A stretch of 64,000 nt of DNA from Octopus sinensis (Eukaryota): contig NC_043005.1 of assembly GCF_006345805.1 (NCBI RefSeq), forward strand, positions 58,156,001-58,220,000. The letters are read 5' to 3'. The notes beneath the pieces are model-generated. The model was given only the letters and a program-made list of their open reading frames with translations, was not told where the DNA came from and ran no database searches. A program made the position numbers and the translations under genes. Positions 24,421-37,611 of this stretch are shown one piece after another (position 1 is the first letter of the stretch; the number at the start of each line of letters is the position of its first letter).

Positions 24421-25334
24421 ATACAATATAACCCTATGTGGTTTGCCTTCTACAGCTTCGGTTATTTCTGTTATTTTTTTTTTTACTTGTCATTCCAATG
24501 TCATATTTGAAATTTCACTTTAAAATATTACAGAAATGTTACTTTTCAATATTTTTTTTTACTCTCTCCTCTTCTTCCTTCTCTGAAGACTTTCATCTAC
24601 TTTGAAGTGCAGATTCTTCAATACAATACAATTAATGTGATGTGAATCGAGTTCATAACAGGGACACATTGTAATGTATATGAAATTTACTTCAACTTTT
24701 ACTTGTATGTATCAGCTATAATTAACAAAGCAGAAGTTTGTAAATGACACACAGACATAGGAACACATATGTGCAGAAATATGGAAATATATATCTATGT
24801 ATGAAAAGGGTATGCACCCACATATGCAGATTCATACATATAGACACACACTCACACATGCTTACACATACATATTTATACACATATATAATTGTACATA
24901 TACATAAATACCTATACACACACACACACATATAAGCATTTATCCATGTATGTATGTATATCCACTAACGTTATCTTTATTCACACTGATGTCTTTTTAG
25001 ACACAAAGACAACAAACAGGGCAGGCGGTCCTGACAGGCACCATAATTTAGAATGGATTTCATTATGGGAAGAGAAAAAATCTATATGGTTAACGAATCA
25101 GCTAGAAATAGTAGCCAAGTCCCCAGCCTAAAGTCACACCAAACCATCTTAAAATAAAGGCCAGTCTTAGCTAGATACCCCCAAAAGGACAGGATGGACA
25201 CAGCTGGAATAATTTGATCATAGATATATGCTGGCCATGCTTAATGTGGGGTTAAAAACAATGACAGGTTTTTATGGTGAATGTAAGTATAATACCATTT
25301 AACCTTGAAACAGAAAGGGTAAAAGGAAAAGATT

Positions 25335-25647
25335 CCTTTTGGTCATGAATGACCATAGGATTGCACCTAGAAAATTCACCTCCAAGACACAAGTCTGGGC
25401 AAGGTTGTTAATGGAAATGAAGACCAGCAGTTACCCATGCATACCAGCCTCCCTTCTCTATGCCACTGATGTTATCCAAGGGAAAGGCAAAGGCCAATAC
25501 AACTTGGTACCAGTGACGTTGCAACTCATTTCTTTAGCTGAGTAAACTGGAGCAACATGAAATAAAGTGCCTTGCTCAAGAACACAACACACAGCTCGGT
25601 ATGGGAATCAAACTCACCACCTCATGATTGTGAACCCAACATTAACC
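25335..25647 (-). mobile_element. tRNA-derived SINE (family C)
   Basis: On -: gtgaaggtgcatggctcaatggttaatg...gagtttgattccc...gtgttcttgagcaaggcactttatttca. Confidence 0.7.
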
Positions 25648-26844
25648 ATTGAGCCATGCACCTTCACCGTGATACATACATGTTGAAAATTTCGTCATCA
25701 TCATTAACGTCTGTTTCCCATTCTGGAATGGGCAGGACAATTTGACAGGAACTGGCAAATCAGAAGACTACACTAAGCTCTGCTGTCCGTTTTGGCATGA
25801 TTTCTCTGGATGGATGCCCTTCCTAATGCCAACCACTTAACAGAGTGTACCAACTGCTTTTTACATGGCAGCAGCAGTAGTCAGATCACCAAGTAACTTG
25901 CAAGACAAGATCCCCTCAACAGGGGGAAGCAGTACAGAGGGACAGAAAATGTGCCTTGGATTTTACTTTGCTGGGTAGGCCTTGAATCAGTGTTCCAGTT
26001 GTTTGATTAACTGAACAATATTTTCATTGAATTATGTAAGTGGCTGGCTGAGTATTCCACAGTTACTCCCCAACTTCTCACCATTTAACATAATCCTGAA
26101 ACCAGTGAGATCATCATCTTACATATAATAAACATATTCCTTTGAATTATAGTTGAAGTCTGTTTATCCATTTTTACTCTCAAGGATTTGATCAATCCAA
26201 AGCTATAGTAGATGACACATATCCTGGATAAGGTGCTAGCCTTTCAAGGCCCACATTCCCAGATGAAGAGATACTTCATCTGCAGAATATAGGTTGTTGA
26301 ACTGAAGTAATTGAGAAACAAGTGTTCTTCCCTATTAAAGAATCACAGCAAAAATCCTGTAGCCTTAAAGCCGGTCACTTACTGGACCATTTCACATTCT
26401 GTCAGTTAAATAATAACAAGGCGAGGCTAAACACTACTGAGTAGGACATGCTGGCACAAGATACACTGATCCTGCTAGTAAAGTGAACTGAGGGGCATAG
26501 AAAAATCTAGCCTGCTCTGTCAAGAAACAACTGCAAGGAATGTGAACTCTCAATATTGGAGTTGGTAATCTATATCTTCTCTACATAATGTGGCAACAAG
26601 CTGGCAGAATCATTAGGACACTGGGCAAGATGCTTAGCAGAATTTCATTTGTCTTTACATTCTGAGTTCAAATTATGCCAAGGTTGACTGTCTTTCATCA
26701 ACCGCAAAAGACTGTCTTTTGGGGTTGATAAAGTACCAGTTGAAAACTGGGGTCCATGTAATCGACTTATCCCCTCCCCTGAAATAGCTGGTTTTGTGTC
26801 AAACACTTGGAACCAATATCTCATCCACATGGACATTTCATTAC

Positions 26845-26957
26845 TAGACTGATAATCTTTAGGGTACCATCAATGTAACAGTGCCTACTGATCCTCCATG
26901 TATTTTCTTTGACTGTGGATCCGCTCAGCTCATCTTGGGTAGATGTCAGTGCAAGTT
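26845..26957 (-). CDS. Putative exon of unidentified host gene (xLALTSTQDELSGSTVKENTWRISRHCYIDGTLKIISL)
   Basis: Acceptor tacttcccttatttcttactAG; only one long open frame. Donor GTAATG is uncertain because earlier GT options exist. Confidence 0.4.
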
Positions 26958-27621
26958 CTAGTAAGAAATAAGGGAAGTATATCAGAGAAAAATGTAATCT
27001 CTGTGCCTTATGGAGGTGACGACAAGTGACTGAAGCCTTAGCAGTTCGGCCAAAGAGACTGATAGAATAAGTACTAGGCTTACAAAGAATAAGTCCTGGG
27101 GTCGATTTGCTTGACTAAAAGGCAGTGCTCCAGCATGGTCGCAGTCAAACGACTGAAACAAGTAAAAGAGAGATATGGTGAAATCAAAGTATATGATTGT
27201 AATGGAGATTGCTTGTACGTCAAGGTAGAAAGTCTGTTAAAATGCAAGCAGAGACAGCTTTTGAGCATGTGTATGACAACCATGTCAACAAATGTAGAAC
27301 ATGTTAGATTAGAAAATAATAGATGTTATAAAAAAGAACAGAGAAAGTAAAACATTAACATTTACACCATAATGAGGACTACTTTGGAAAAACTGTTCAT
27401 GTTACATTAGAGATAACTTAGAGTTATAATTTCAAATATAATTTTAGAATTATGGCAAATAAATGTAAAATTTTAGAGACATTGTGCCTCTACATAACAT
27501 TTTCATGTCTATATTTCTCTATACAAGTTTAAGGTTGATGTAGTTAGAGCAATAGTATTTACAGTTTGATATCTTTGCGACAAAAAACTTGCTCAACCTT
27601 AGAAGAGTAAAAGCTATTTTT

Positions 27622-30282
27622 GTTGTAGTGATTAGACAAAAGAGACAGGCTTGGAAGGACTAGAAGAACGGTGGTAGCAGGGAATTGTATCAGACAGCCA
27701 AAAGGGAAGCTAGGAGACAGGTTTATTTAGCCAGAAGGGAAGCGGATAAGAAAAAATTTGCCAATGTTCTGAGCCGTGAGGATGAAAGACTTGAGGTATT
27801 TCGTGTTGCAAGACAGTGTGTGAGAGAGAATCGTGATGTGGTAGGAGAGAAGTGTGTTCGCATGGATGATGGTTCACTTGCGCTAAATGAGGATGCAAAG
27901 AGAGAGGTTTGGAGATGCCACTATGAAAGGTTGCTGAATAAAGAAAATGAATGGGATAAAGAGAGTCTGCCGAATGTTGACCCAACAGAGGGACCAGCTA
28001 TCCGAGTTGATAGTTCCGTGGTAGCTAAGGCAATTAGAAGCATGAAGACAGGGAAAGCCCCAGGCCCATCAGGAATTACTGCAGAGATGCTCAAAATATC
28101 TGGCAGTGTCGGCTATAACCTAGTCACCCGTATAGTCAACCAGGTGATACACGAAGGAGTCATACCCAATGACTGGTGTAGCAGCATACTAGTCAACTGC
28201 TACAAAGGAAAAGGTGATGCCCTGGATACAAATAATTACAGAAGTATCAAGCTGTTGGATCAGGTAATGAAGGTTACGGAGAGGGTCATAGCCCAACTAA
28301 ATAGAGAGAGAGTTAGTTTAGATGAGATGCAGTTTGGGTTTGTCCCAGGGAAAAGCACCACTGATGCTATATTCCTGGTAAGGCAGCTGCAGGAGAAATA
28401 CCTAGCCAAAGATAAGCCCCTGTACCTGGCTTTCGTTGACATGGAGAAAGCCTTTGATAGGGTCCCCCGATCCCTCATCTGGTGGTCAATGAGGAAACTA
28501 GGGATAGATGAATGGCTAGTGAGGGCTGTGCAAGCCATGTACAGAGATGCCGTAAGTAAGGTTAGAGTTGGCAACATGTACACAGAAGAATTCAAAGTAG
28601 AGGTTGGGGTCCACCAGGGTTCAGTACTCAGCCCCCTCCTATTTATCATAGTCCTCCAGGCAATTGTGGAGGAATTCAAGACAGGTTGCCCCTGGGAGCT
28701 CCTCTATGCTGACGACCTCGCTCTAATTGCTGAGTCACTATCAGAACTGGAGGAGAAGTTCCAGGTGTGGAAGGAGGGTTTAGAATCGAGGGGCCTTAGA
28801 GTCAACCTAGCTAAAACCAAAGTACTAATAAGTAGAAAGGTAGAAAATCCACAAATATCCTCAGGAAGATGGCCCTGCTCGATCTGTAGAAAAGGTGTAG
28901 GTAGAAACTCTATAAGATGTACCCAGTGTAAGCTATGGACAAATAAGAGGTGCAGCAATGTCAAAGGTAGGCTAACTGGGAAGATAGTTTTTGTATGTGG
29001 CAGATGCTCTGGAGCATTGACCTCCGAAAATCTGCAGAAAACAACTTCCGTCACTTTCCGGGGGGAAAAACTAGAAGTAGTTGATAGCTTCCGCTATCTA
29101 GGTGACCAAGTCAGTAGTGGGGGTGGGTGCGCTGAAAGTGTAACTGCTAGAATAAGAATAGCCTGGGCAAAGTTTAGGGAGCTCTTACCTCTGCTGGTGA
29201 CTAAAGGTCTCTCGCTCAGAGTAAAAGGCAGACTGTATGATGCATGTGTACGAACAGCTATGCTACATGGCAGTGAAACATGGGCCGTGACTGCTGAGGA
29301 CATGCGTAAGCTCGTGAGGAACGAAGCCAGTATGCTCCGATGGATGTGTAATGTCAGTGTATTTACTCGACAGAGCGTTAGTACCTTGATAGAAATGTAC
29401 CTAAGAAGCATCAGTTGTGGTGTGCAAGAGAGACGATTGCGCTGGTATGGTCATGTGGCGAGAATGGATGAAGATACGTGTGTGAGAAAGTGCCAATCCC
29501 TAGCAGTTGAGGGAACCCGTGGAAGAGGTAGACCCAGGAAAACCTGGGACGAGGTGGTGAAGCACGACCTTCGGACGTTAGGTCTCACCATGGAAATGAC
29601 TAGAGACCGAGACCTATGGAAGTATGCTGTGCGTGAGAAGACCCGGCAAGACTAGTGAAGCCATAATCCGTGGCCCCTACCTGGGACGTAGTCAGTCCAC
29701 CTGTGCATACCTTCCTTCTTGTGACACTTGTGAAGACCTGTTGAGGCAAGTGAGAATCGTATCGAATCAAATCAAATCAAATCGAACCAAATCAAAATAG
29801 ATGAACATCAATGGAATTTGTATCCTTGTGGTACCAGTGCCGGTGGCACATAAGAAAACCATCCGAACGTGACCGTAGCCAGTACCGCAACGACTGGCCT
29901 CCGTGCTTAGGGCACGTAACAAACACCATCCGAGCGTGGCCGTCCGCCAGCCTCGTCTGGCACCTGTGTCGGTGACACATAAGAAAACACCATCCGAGCG
30001 TGGCCGTCAGCCAGCCTCGTCTGGCACCTGTGTCGGTGGCACATAAAAAACACCATCCGAGCGTGGCCGTCTGCCAGCCTCGTCTGGCACCTGTGTCGGT
30101 GGCACATAAAATCACCCACTACACTCTCGGAGTGGTTGACGTTAGGAAGGGCATCCAGCTGTAGAAACACTGCCAGATCTGACTGGCCTGGTGCAGCCTT
30201 CGGGCTTGCCAGACCCCAGTTGAACCGTCCAACCCATGCTAGCATGGAAAGCGGACGTTAAACGATGATGATGATGATGATG
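27622..30282 (+). mobile_element. 5'-truncated RTE-clade LINE with 3' UTR and (GAT)n tail
   Basis: The reading frame starts near 27630 with a stop at 27661, the RT ORF spans 27685-29655, and a UTR with ~63-bp sub-repeats ends ccatgctagcatggaaagcggacgttaaac(gat)n. No endonuclease domain is present. Confidence 0.95.
27685..29655 (+). CDS. RTE reverse transcriptase (partial ORF) with inserted PHD-type zinc finger
   Basis: GKAPGPSGI, QFGF, FVDMEKAFDRVP, GVHQGSVLSP, LLYADD, FRYLG, MLHGSETW, RRLRWYGHV, RGRGRPRKTW motifs. Confidence 0.95.
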   Translation: MYQTAKREARRQVYLARREADKKKFANVLSREDERLEVFRVARQCVRENRDVVGEKCVRMDDGSLALNEDAKREVWRCHYERLLNKENEWDKESLPNVDPTEGPAIRVDSSVVAKAIRSMKTGKAPGPSGITAEMLKISGSVGYNLVTRIVNQVIHEGVIPNDWCSSILVNCYKGKGDALDTNNYRSIKLLDQVMKVTERVIAQLNRERVSLDEMQFGFVPGKSTTDAIFLVRQLQEKYLAKDKPLYLAFVDMEKAFDRVPRSLIWWSMRKLGIDEWLVRAVQAMYRDAVSKVRVGNMYTEEFKVEVGVHQGSVLSPLLFIIVLQAIVEEFKTGCPWELLYADDLALIAESLSELEEKFQVWKEGLESRGLRVNLAKTKVLISRKVENPQISSGRWPCSICRKGVGRNSIRCTQCKLWTNKRCSNVKGRLTGKIVFVCGRCSGALTSENLQKTTSVTFRGEKLEVVDSFRYLGDQVSSGGGCAESVTARIRIAWAKFRELLPLLVTKGLSLRVKGRLYDACVRTAMLHGSETWAVTAEDMRKLVRNEASMLRWMCNVSVFTRQSVSTLIEMYLRSISCGVQERRLRWYGHVARMDEDTCVRKCQSLAVEGTRGRGRPRKTWDEVVKHDLRTLGLTMEMTRDRDLWKYAVREKTRQD

Positions 30283-31034
30283 ATTCAGCCTGAGGCAAAA
30301 ATTGTTTTTTTTTTTAATTGTTTAGTCAAAGGTGGAAGGATAGTGGACATGACCCTTTGCAAGGCCCACGAGGAAGCTATTCTCAGACTGCAGTTTTGGC
30401 CTAAATGCTTGCAACAGAAAGTGAAAGGCAAAGTGCAAGTGTTTGTGATGACAAATTCCTTTCCTTTTATTTTTTGATGGGTGGGGAGGGAGACCCCTTA
30501 CAGGTCTTCCAAGACTGGTAGAGGGAAGGAGTAGTTAAGGCTCAAGCGCTTACAACAGAGTGAGTTCTGCTAAAGGAAATCAAAGTGCAGATGGTGGTAT
30601 TAAACCAAGCAATGGATTAAGTCTCCCCTCCATCACTCTTCTAACTATGGAATTATTCAGCCACTTTAAATACAGATCTGCATATATATATTTCAAACAC
30701 ATTTGTTCCACCAACCATCCCTGCCTCCATGGAACCCATTCCTTTTGACATCTATCCTTCATTCTTAATATCATCCTTTCTCACTATATTTTCCACTAAC
30801 CACCCTTTCTCTGCCACCAGTTATCTCTTGCGTTCCATTGAACTACATCTTATGACTTTCCCTTCAAACCCTCTCATATTTGCCGTCATTCTTAACAACT
30901 TCTCATATCTGTCATAAATGGCACAACTGCTCCTCGCTACACTAACTTTACACTCACTACATCCATGCCATGTACCTCTGACCTTCATTTCTATTTGTCT
31001 CACTCCCCACCACATCGCTTTCGCCAACCCTGAA

Positions 31035-31230
31035 GGGGAGCTGGGGCAACTGCTTCGTAGATGTCTATGGCTTTCGCCGCGGGATTGGGGAGTGGTTGGA
31101 GATCACGCAGTCGTTAGCCTCAAATCGCCAGGCCTGGTTGGCGTTTGTGAGGGATGCAGCAATGAAGATGAATGAAGCCAGCTCAACCCACCCCAGGTGA
31201 ATGCTGTTTCAAGACAAAAAAGACAAGTCT
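31035..31230 (+). mobile_element. 3' fragment of a different RTE family
   Basis: ...GEWLEITQSLASNRQAWLAFVRDAAMKMNEASSTHPR* followed by a caaga/caagt-like tail. Confidence 0.6.
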
Positions 31231-32034
31231 CACTCCCCATACATGCACACTCATCCCTTACCCACCCAACAAACTGTCTCCCTATTTCTCACACCTATCT
31301 ACACTTTTATCAATCATACTGTGGCTCTGTACTACCACTTATTTCCTCATTCCTGATCCATTCCTCTTCCTTTCACCACATTGCATTTTGGTTGTGTTTA
31401 TTTACATTCCAGATCCCTCCTCAACATGACTCCAGATCACCCAGTACGAAGAGACTTCACACCCTGGAAGGTTGCAAGTTTATTGCAAACTTACAACTGA
31501 TGGCTTTCCATTCTCAAAGGATTTTTTCTTTATTTTAATAAAGTAATTGTTCACTAATCACTCAAAGTTTAAGTACAAGTAACATGCCTGTTAGTGTTTC
31601 TTGTCAACATTTCCCCACAGACTTCAGATAATCTAACATAAAATTGCAGCTGGCGCTTTGTGAATTTATTATTCACTTTGCACTTAATAACAGTGTCTAG
31701 CTGTCCAATATTTTTTCTGAGTGTGCAGACATTAGTCTGGAGAAAGCTAATCCATTTCAGTTGTTTCTTCTCACTGCGATTGATTTTTGCTACTCCTAAC
31801 TGCTGGGGAATGGTAATCACAGCACAATATAGCAGAATATTCACTGTCCAAAAGTTGAGATTTTCAATCTTCAACTAATTGTTCTTTAGCTATTTGGTCC
31901 ATTGCAGATAACATTAGGTCAGCAGGTTTTCTCTCAATCTGTGTGGTTACAGTTCTCTTATGCGATTCTAAGACGGTTAAGTTTTGCTTGAATTTAGTTG
32001 TTTGTATTCTTCACACATTATTTCTGTTTGTTCA

Positions 32035-32745
32035 TCATCATCATCATCATTTAACACCCATTTTCTGTGCTGGTATGGGTTGGATGGCATGACAGGAACT
32101 GGCAAGGCGAGGGGCCACACCAAGTTCCATAGTTTGTCTTGGCTTCTACAGCTGAGTGCCCTTCCTAATGCCTGCCAGTTTACAGAGTGTACTGGGTGAT
32201 TTTTTTCATGGCACCATCACTAATGCTTTTTTATGTGGCACCAACATCAGTGCTTTTTACAGGCAACTAGCACCCACACCAATGCTTTTTATGTGGCATA
32301 TCGCTTTTAGGATCTCAATTCTGTTTGTTCATAATTTGTTATTGCTCACTCTTATAATGGTAGCATGTTCATCTCAGTTTTATTGTTATTGCAATGGCCA
32401 TAATCCATATGAGCGAGTTCTTCTCAGGAGAAGAATTCCCTCATCTGGTCCAGTTCTTATCTGTTGTGTGATTCTGATGGGTGTGAGGGTAACAGTTAAT
32501 TTTTCCTCAATGAGACTGGCCGACCGTGGCTGATGCCAGCCTCGCCTGGCACCAGTGCAGGTGGCACGTAAAAAGCACCCACTACACTCACGGAGTGATT
32601 GGCGTTAGGAAGGGCATCCAGCTGTAGAAACATTGCCAGATAAGACCGGAGCCTGGTGCAGCCTTCTGGCTTCCCAGTTCCCCGGTCGAACCGTCCAACC
32701 CATGCTAGCATGGAGAACGGACGTTAAACGATGATGATGATGATG
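32035..32745. mobile_element. Two RTE-tail elements in inverted orientation (32035-32300 -, 32512-32745 +)
   Basis: (cat)n tail at the left end and (gat)n tail at the right end; shared ggaagggcatccagctgtagaa core. Confidence 0.75.
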
Positions 32746-32864
32746 GTTGCATGTTGCTCTAGTCATTCTACAAGGAATTTTGAATAGTTGGGGTCATTTA
32801 GATCACAGCAATTCTTCAACCTATTAATGTAGCCTGTTGAGAGATCGTTTTCCATCTTTTTTTT

Positions 32865-33235
32865 TTTTGGTTTTTTATTGCTTCAGTCAGTCTGCAGCCA
32901 TGCTGGAGCACCACATTGAAGAAATTTTAGTTGAATGAATTGACCCCAGGACTTATTTTCTTAATCTCTTTTGTTGAACTGCTAAGTTATGGTGACATAA
33001 TCATACAAACAACCAGTTGTCAAGCAGTGGAGGGGGATAAACAGTCACAAAGAGACACACACACTTATGTATATACAAAACAGGCTTCTTTCAGTTTCCG
33101 CCTACCAAATCCACTCACAAGGCTTTGGTTGGCCCGAGACTATAGTAGAAGACACTCATCCAAAGAGCCATGTAGTGGGACTGTACCTGGAACCTTGTGG
33201 TTGATAAGCAAACTTCTTACCATGCAGACACACAT
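32865..33235 (-). mobile_element. SINE family A
   Basis: Reverse complement of body and head. Confidence 0.75.
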
Positions 33236-33919
33236 GTGCCTATCTTCCTTAGGTTTTTTGCAGAAATGATACAGGTCTTGGTTCAATTCAAAGGTCCACT
33301 GAAATGTCTTATGGTAGCTCTATGACATGTGAAGCTAACCACAGTCTCCAGTCTAAGCATGGCATATATAGCAGTAATCCCAATGTGTAGAGTTCCAGTT
33401 AATTTTCCCTACTTGATTACAGGTAAGGTCATCGATAAAAAAAGAAAAAAAGCTTCCTTACACAAAGAAGATAACCAATTTTTTATCAGGTTTGTATAAA
33501 TGGCAAGATGAATGTGCACTAGTGTGGTTGCATGGTAGGAAATTCGTTTTCCAGCCACATGATTCCAAGTTCAGAACCTTGGGCCAACCAAAGCCTTGTC
33601 AATGTATTTGGTAGATAAAAAAAAAAATGAAAAGATGCCTGTGTGTGCTTGTGTTTGTCCCCCACCACTGGTTGATAATCAGTGTTGGTGAGTTTACATC
33701 CCTGGAAAACTATTTTACATTGAGAAGATGGAAGCTTGAGCATTCCTTGAGCAAACACACAAAAATAATGTGTTGACAATCAAAATCCACAGCAGAGAAA
33801 CACTAGGTGTGATGTGACATAACTAAGTGTAATTTCAAGATCAAGAAATCAGAAGAAAGTGATGTCCCACAAAATTATAGGGTAAAACTCAGCCTTCAAT
33901 AACTTCTTTAATTATCACA

Positions 33920-35580
33920 TTAAAAGTACTGGTGCCACATAAAAAGTAGCCACTACACTCTGTTGAGTGGTTGGCATTAGAGAGGGCATCTAGCTGTAGA
34001 AACCAATCCAAAACAGATAAAGGAGCCTGGTGTGGCCCCTGGCCTTACAAGCTCCAGTAAAATCTCCAACTCAAGCCAGCATGCAGATGGAAATCAAATG
34101 ATAATGATGAGAAAGAAGCTGCATGAGTTGGGAGGTTTGACTGGAACTTGTAAGGCCAGGGGCCCACACCAGGCTCCATTATGTGTTTTGGCTTGGTTTC
34201 TACAGCTAGATGCCCTCCCTAATGCCAACCATTCTGCAAGTGTACTGGCAAAGGAAGCCATAGTGACCAAGTTGTGCTCTAAAACAGAAATTTCAAAACC
34301 AAGTTGGCCAAAATACTAAAAAGCAATTTTTTATTTTAATGTTGTGATGTACTTACAGCTACTAAAAATATATGGCTTTAATCATCATCGTCAATTATCA
34401 TCTGCTTTCCATGTTGGCATGGACTGGACAACTTCAGAGGAACTGGCAAGGCCAAGAGCCATACTAGGTATCATAGTCTGTTTTGACATGATTCCCACAG
34501 CTGGATGCCCTTCCTAATGCCAATCACTTTACAGAATGTACTGGGTGCTTTTCACATGGCACCATCACCAGTGCTTTTTACATGGCACCATCATCAGTGC
34601 TTTTTATGTGGCACCAGATCATCATCATCGTTTAACTTGAGAGCTGGCGAGCCAGATGGCTGCACCAGGCACCAGTCTTGATCTAGCAGAGTTTCTACAG
34701 CTTGATGCCCTACCTAACGCCAACCACTCCGAGAGTGTAGTTGGTGCTTTTACGTGCCACCAGCACGGGGGGCCAGTCAGGCAGTACTAATTAAATCAGT
34801 GCTCAACTTTTGTTGGGTTACACCAGTTTTCTTGCTTTCCATACATATCATCATTTAACGTCCCTCTTCCATGCTGGCATAGGTTGGATGGTTTGAGAGA
34901 AGATGGCTGAGTGGGAGCCTGTGCCATACTTCTGAGTGTATTTCGGCATGGTTTTTATAGTTGGATGCCCCTCCTAACACCAGCCACTTTGTAGAGTGGG
35001 CTGAGTGCTTTTTACATGGCACTTGCACAGGTGAGGTCAGTTTTGGCATGGTTTTTACAGGTAGATGCCCTTCCATATGCCAACCACTTTATAGTGTGGA
35101 CAGGGTGCTTTTTAAATGGTACCTTTACTGATGGGATCACAAAGTGACTTTGCAAGACAAAGTGTCTTTGAGAGGAGAGGGGCATTGGAGGAGGTGATCT
35201 TGTGTCAGATGATGAAAAATTAGAGTGTGATAGAGAGGCAGAAACAGATGTCTTGCTGTAGAGGTCCATGGTTACCCAGCCAGAGAGGCGAAGAGAAAGC
35301 GGAGAGAGAGAGAGGAAGAGAAAGAAGAGAGAAAGAGGAGAGAGAGTTAAGAAGAATGTGGGCAGAAACAGTGACCTAGAGAGAGAGTGGGAGTTAACAA
35401 GAGGTGTGCTGCTGTAAAGGAGATACATGGTTACCTAGTCAGAGGTAAGGAGGGAGAAAGAGTGATCAAGAATGAGGGCAGAAACAGGTATGTTGCTGTA
35501 GAGGAGATACATGATTACTCAGCCAGAGTGGAGAGCAAGGGAAAGAGAGAGAACATAGGAGACAGCAAGAGGAGAGAGAT
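33920..35580. mobile_element. Cluster of RTE-tail elements (one +, three -) with GA-rich 5' body
   Basis: catcatc tails at ~34382, ~34620 and ~34848. The gcagaaacag..gctgtagagg..catggttacc motif occurs three times at 35238-35530. Confidence 0.65.
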
Positions 35581-36221
35581 GGCAATTAAATATAAAAAAG
35601 TGACCATCAAAATATTCCAATTACTCTTCAAGCATTAACTTAAGTGGTGGTGGTGGTGGGGGGTATGTCACATCACAATCTGTGATGTGAGGTAACAAGA
35701 ATAATTTCATCAAGAAATGAGTATTTTCAGTCTTCAGGTAAAAATATGGCCCTGGATCTGAAAGATAACCACTTGCTTACCTTAGCAAAAAAAAAATTTC
35801 AACAAAAATTTATTTTTCATTTGGAGCTAATGAGACATTTTACATAAAAATGTGATGCGACATAACATAGGAATTGGCTATTAATCATACTTTATAACTT
35901 CATTTGGCTAAAAGTAAACTATCAGAAATTTCTAAATAGCTTCACTTAGCTGCAGACAAATAACATTAAGAAGCAATTTTTTTCTCCATCTATATTTCTT
36001 AAAAACCGCTCATAAATATGGAAATAATTTGTAGGATAGCGCAGCCTACAAATGCTGCCATGTTTTAGTTTGGTCACTACTATGGCTTGGTTTAGAAAAT
36101 TTTTGAAAAAATCCACAACTATTTGAAATAAGAGGAATAGATTTTCTCAAAACATTAAATTTTGTTCTCTTTAGTTCACACTTTAAAATTTCACTTCATG
36201 GTTGATGTAAGCAGAGAATGG

Positions 36222-36281
36222 CCCTGGAATCGAACTCGGAATCTTGGGGTTAGTAGCCTGCGCTCTTAACCACTACGCCAT
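36222..36281 (-). mobile_element. tRNA-like SINE head (not a functional tRNA)
   Basis: ggcgtagtggttaagagcgcaggctactaaccccaagattccgagttcgattccagg: A and B boxes present, acceptor stem incomplete. Confidence 0.65.
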
Positions 36282-37046
36282 AATGGCTGTTACACAGTTT
36301 CCGTTTACTAAACTCACTGACAAAGTTATGGTTTGCCTGGAGGATAATAGAAGACACTTGCCCTGAGTGTTGCATTTGAGAAGCAAACTTCATAACCATT
36401 CCATCATTCCAGTGCATAAGCCATGCTTGCAAACATGCATACAAATAAACACTTTACTACAAAATTAAAAAGAAAACCTAATTACCTTTTCTGTTTCAGA
36501 ATTTGTGTCTGCAGGATTACTCTCCAACTTAACTGCTGAGTTATGAAAACGCCATCGTTTGCACCCAACTTTGCCCATTTTTAGATCTACAGGAAAGAAA
36601 TAAACAAATAAAAAGATTTTGCAAGAAGGAATTGTAAAAAGCTCTGTGTATGTGTGCATGTATGTATGCATACTTATATGAATATATATATATCTATGTT
36701 TATGTATATGTGCAAGTATCAATCTACAGACACATACACACACTATATATAAATTCTTAGATCAAGTAATCTATGAAACAAGCATTGAGGCTACAAACTG
36801 GTTAAGTAGTCATATTTCTTATTCATTCCCTTGAGCCACATTGAAAAATAGTTGCCTACTGAGGTCGTATTTTATTCATATCATGTAGAAGCTGTCTGAC
36901 ACATGACTTCTGTCAGACCAGTTTATAACTCTCATTTTCTTAAAAAAAAAAAAAAAAGAAAAGAGAATTTCATATATACACACATAACATTTTATTATTG
37001 TCATTCTCATGATTATCACCACCACCATTTCTATTATTGCAGCAAC

Positions 37047-37088
<42 letters not shown>

Positions 37089-37152
37089 GAAAATGCAAAT
37101 ACACCACGAAACTATCCATTTAAGCAGTCTTTCAAATTGCTAAATTGACTAC

Positions 37153-37198
37153 TCGGAATTCCATTGCATGAAGTTTTTCTATAGCTCTAGATAAAGAT
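37153..37198 (-). CDS. Possible short exon (xSLSRAIEKLHAMEFR)
   Basis: Acceptor attttgtttcAG; weak donor GTAGTC. Confidence 0.3.
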
Positions 37199-37611
37199 CT
37201 GAAACAAAATTTATATCATTAACTTTCTTTATCAAATAGTCGGTATTCACAAGTCAAAAGAGAAAACATTATCCAAGAAATTGCACAGATACTTTTACCA
37301 ATACTTTTCACTACAACGAAGCTAGCTTCAGATCAATAACAACCTACTCTTATTTTCAATTCCAAAAATAATTTTAGGCTCATTATATATTGACTTTCTC
37401 GCTAAAGAGACATTATTACTAATGCTAGAGGAACGATGGACAAAATGCTTTCTAGTGTTTGGTTAAATCACTAAGTTCTGAGTTCAAAATCCCATGAAGA
37501 CCAACAAAATGTATGTGTGAAAGAGGAGTGTTGACAACATCAAGTACCAGTCAAATACTGAGGCCAATGCAATTGTCTATACTCTCTATCATGTTCATAG
37601 TTACCATCATT

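Noticed and set aside
29905-30110. CRISPR-like array
   Set aside because: Contiguous ~63-bp tandem units without unique spacers, in a LINE 3' UTR of a eukaryotic genome.
36222-36281. tRNA gene with apparent ACT anticodon
   Set aside because: The acceptor stem cannot be completed and it sits next to SINE sequence, so it is treated as a SINE head.
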